Positions 61,037 through 64,000 of a stretch of 64,000 nucleotides of DNA are shown here, piece after piece; the stretch's first letter is position 1; the number at the start of each line of letters is the position of its first letter. This stretch comes from Sarea resinae (lineage: Eukaryota). Both the position numbers and the translations under genes were made by a program. Where the stretch lies: the NCBI GenBank assembly GCA_026026165.1, contig JAPEUD010000011.1, positions 310,001 through 374,000 of the forward strand, given 5' to 3'. The notes beneath the pieces were generated by a model that was not told where the DNA came from, ran no database searches, and saw only the letters and a list, made by a program, of their open reading frames with translations.

Positions 61037-62599
61037 TTACTCCGTTCTCGTTCGGCCATTATTTCGACGACATGGCGGATTGACTGATACGGGACCAACC
61101 GCCGTTCATAAACGGCTCACGACCTCCCAAATGTCACCACCATCTATTCACCAACCCACACACTTTTAGACTTCGCCTCGCTCTTTTTCTCCGGTCTTGA
61201 TACTCGAGAATACTTAATACCACGACTCCTCCTCCGGGAGACATCCTTTTCTTCTGTTCTGGTTCCAAACGATGGGGACTTTTTGTGTGGATAATAGTCT
61301 GACTAGTACAAGATATCCCCTCCCCCGCCCCAATTGTATATTATCTGGACGGGAGAAAACTGCTCTGTATAATTCAAAATATCATGGTTCTCCTGGTTGG
61401 AAAGACTGGCTGATCTATCAGGCCTGATGAAGATTCTCAAGTCTGTTCAGGTTCATTGCGTTAAGGTGCTTGACATTTATGCCGTATAGACAAGTAGTAA
61501 GTATCTCCTTCTAGCACGAATTGCCGTTTCCCTTATTGCCTTGGCAAATCCTATCTTATAAAATTATCTGAACTGCCTCCTAGATTTTGGAGTATCTTCT
61601 TAGTAGGGTTGCGCAAGGAAGTATAGTGAATCAGTAGCGTTACGTCGTGAAGTAGGTAGAGTTGCATTCACTTCTAGCGGGCCTTTGTTAGAATCTGGTG
61701 AATGAGTAGGTAGCTGCCCCTCTTATAATTGCTATTGCCCTCGCACTTCTTTCCTTGCACCTCTTAACCTCTTTATCCTCTTATCATTTCATTTCACCTC
61801 TTAATTTCTCTATCATCTCCTTATCATCTCCTCATCATCTCCAAGGTTCTCTACTATCTCTATACAACTCGAGAATAGCGTTTTCTTTTGCTATCTCGGT
61901 CGACTAGTAAGTATGGCGGGATATGGATCGATTCGATAAAATGCGGCGAGAGCAGGTAATACTGCCCCAAACGCCACTCACCCGTCGTGGTCGTCGAGTT
62001 CGCCCTAGAGCTTGCCGCCCCCAGTGTCATCCCTCTTCCCGCCATCAGCCCTGCCGGTCTAAGCAGCTCTATCGTCAAAGAAAACAACACCGGACAGCGT
62101 TCGGAAACTCTTGAGCGTGCCCAGACTATTTATAGTGCAGTCAGCAACGGCCGCTGCAGCAACTACGCGGTCAAATATCAATCAAGCACTCTGGATGTGA
62201 AAGAAAGAGTAGGTTAGCAACAAAATATTCATAGGTCTAGCTAAACATCGCCTTGCAAAAGGCCTCGCCGAGGCTCCTCGCTCGCAGATCTCTCACCAAA
62301 CTCCTACTTGATCGCTATGTCTTCGCCGATCAAGCAAAAGACCAGCACGGAATTACTATATATAAAGCGAGCAAGGCTAGATCCTCGAGCAAGCGCCTCG
62401 GATGAGGTTATATTCAGTATATATCAAGAGAGAGTTTCGTGCCTTTTACCAGACGACCGTTACAATATCTACGTTGTCATGGTATCCATCGAAACTGTCG
62501 AAATTACATTCGCAATATAGAAGAGGTGATCCGCGAGCTACTACAAGATATAGAGAAGCTCAAAGAAGCCATCATTGACTACTCTAAAACTGACTCATT

Positions 62600-63350
62600 T
62601 GCTAGTTTAGGCAACGCACAAAGGAGCGATAGGTTAGACATCAGCATCACGAGGGACCTTAGAGTAGTAAAGCTGCCCCCGTAAGTCTTTCTTATCCTCG
62701 TTCTTAACGACGTTTCTCAAAGTTAGTTCATCTAGCGCATCGACGAGCGAATCAGTGGACTGTAAATCAACTAAATCGTTGTCTTCGAGGTGAGTGGTTT
62801 GCATCTCTGCTTTGACTACCATGGCTAACCTTAACTCTTCACAGGTCGCTGACGGACTTTCTAGCGGAATTACTCAGAATGATATGTGACAAATACGTCA
62901 AGGATCTACCGACGACGATTGTTCTGTGCCTAGCCAGCAAGCATGCCATCAGCCTCCTCCACGTGAGTAGGACGTCCCGCTAACTCGTTGGCCGGCGACT
63001 CGTCCGCCAAGCAACTGTGTACTGTCTGTCCAGCGAATAGGTCAGAGCGCGCTTCCTTAAGAAGGTATTCAAGGCTGCCTGGCCAATCTGTTCCCCTTGG
63101 CCACAATGTTCGGCAAGATGACAGTGATATGGATCGATATAGAAGCCGATCTTGCTCTCAGTCCATGGGGCTCGAGGCTAGAGTCGTCACTGAGGAGCAG
63201 AAGCTAGCTAAATACATCACACTAGCAGCTACGAGGGTCTTGAGGTCCGTTTCAGACACTTCTCTCCACGATTCAGGGTCTCCCACGAATTAGCCAAGGC
63301 TCTTCGTCATATCTTGCAATTCCGATGCCAAGAAGCGAAAAACCTCCAAA
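62600..63350 (-). pseudogene. possible mutated coding relic of unknown family
   Basis: A minus-strand frame reads protein-like (ELQDMTKSLG*FVGDPESWREV..LEYLLKEARSDLF) with scattered TAA/TAG stops, in a TpA-enriched region. No family recognised. Confidence 0.25.
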
Positions 63351-64000
63351 AAGCCAACAGATGAAAACTAAGACTTATAATAGCCTCTATAAAGACTAAG
63401 AAGCCGCAAATGTCTAAGAAATACACAGGCGCTCTGAAGCCTTAGGACAGCTGCTACCGAGATGAGAAAGACGCTAGTATTTCAAGTATAAGAGGCTGTA
63501 GACCTCCAAAAAGCAAGAAACCCCCTGACCGTTTCCTCTTTATAGGTGGATCATATGCATGGAGGTTCTATAAGGCTACCATATCAGATAAAGCCGTTAT
63601 GTTGCACGTCCCAGCGGCAGGAGAGGGGTACGAAATTGCCCTTGACATGCGGCCGGGAGGCATCAGGCGTATGGCAGTCAACATTTTACATCCAGAGGCT
63701 GTTTTGTGAGGCATGACCCAGCTTGCCATGAAAGCAGATTGCGTCACGAATCTGTTCCTTGCAATGGCAGGCGTGCGATCCGATAACTTGTCGGAATGTT
63801 ACTTTACCGAGCTGTCTTTGACTCGAAGTTATAACTCCTCGAGATTGCTTTCGACATGGCCGACGAGTGCGAGAGGACACGCGTGGAAAGCAATGTCTAT
63901 TCAAAAGCTCGAAGAGTAAGTGAACGTGAACGATCTGACTGGAAATTTCTACAGGTTGTTGTTTATCGTGGGCCGAGGAATACATTGGCGTGTCGTTTGA

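Noticed and set aside
1..64000. CRISPR arrays, rRNA/snRNA genes, intact transposons, secondary-metabolite backbone genes
   Set aside because: None seen: no repeat-spacer arrays, no recognisable rRNA or snRNA signatures, no intact transposase/RT, PKS or NRPS ORFs.

Overview
Eukaryotic DNA from a filamentous ascomycete (Pezizomycotina-type genes, short GT-AG introns with CTRAY branch points). I can support about 18 protein-coding genes: Stb2/Stb6-like (5' truncated), arrestin-like, SPRY-domain, MBL-fold hypothetical, L-arabinitol 4-dehydrogenase, a degenerate LOV/PAS protein, ATP20, ROK1, an amidase, SFP1, DUF3632-like, mitochondrial lysyl-tRNA synthetase, TIM10, TM9SF/EMP70 family, a Ser/Thr/Pro-rich secreted protein, white collar-2, RAD50 and a GH5 exo-beta-1,3-glucanase. 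There is also one intron-containing tRNA-Phe(GAA), a Tc1/mariner transposase relic, a MITE-like element with ~75-bp inverted repeats, RIP-like TpA-rich islands and many microsatellites. The most notable observations are: (1) a RAD50 start codon assembled from two exons via a 2-nt microexon; (2) an RGS-LOV-like protein that has lost its flavin-binding core; (3) a long, apparently structured ATP20 intron; (4) a stop-free in-frame extension and a GTAC-dense region upstream of SFP1; (5) a dispersed intergenic TACTCCGTA motif; (6) GC-rich, low-complexity 3' ends at convergent gene pairs. All family assignments are from recalled motifs and manual splicing; no database search was run.
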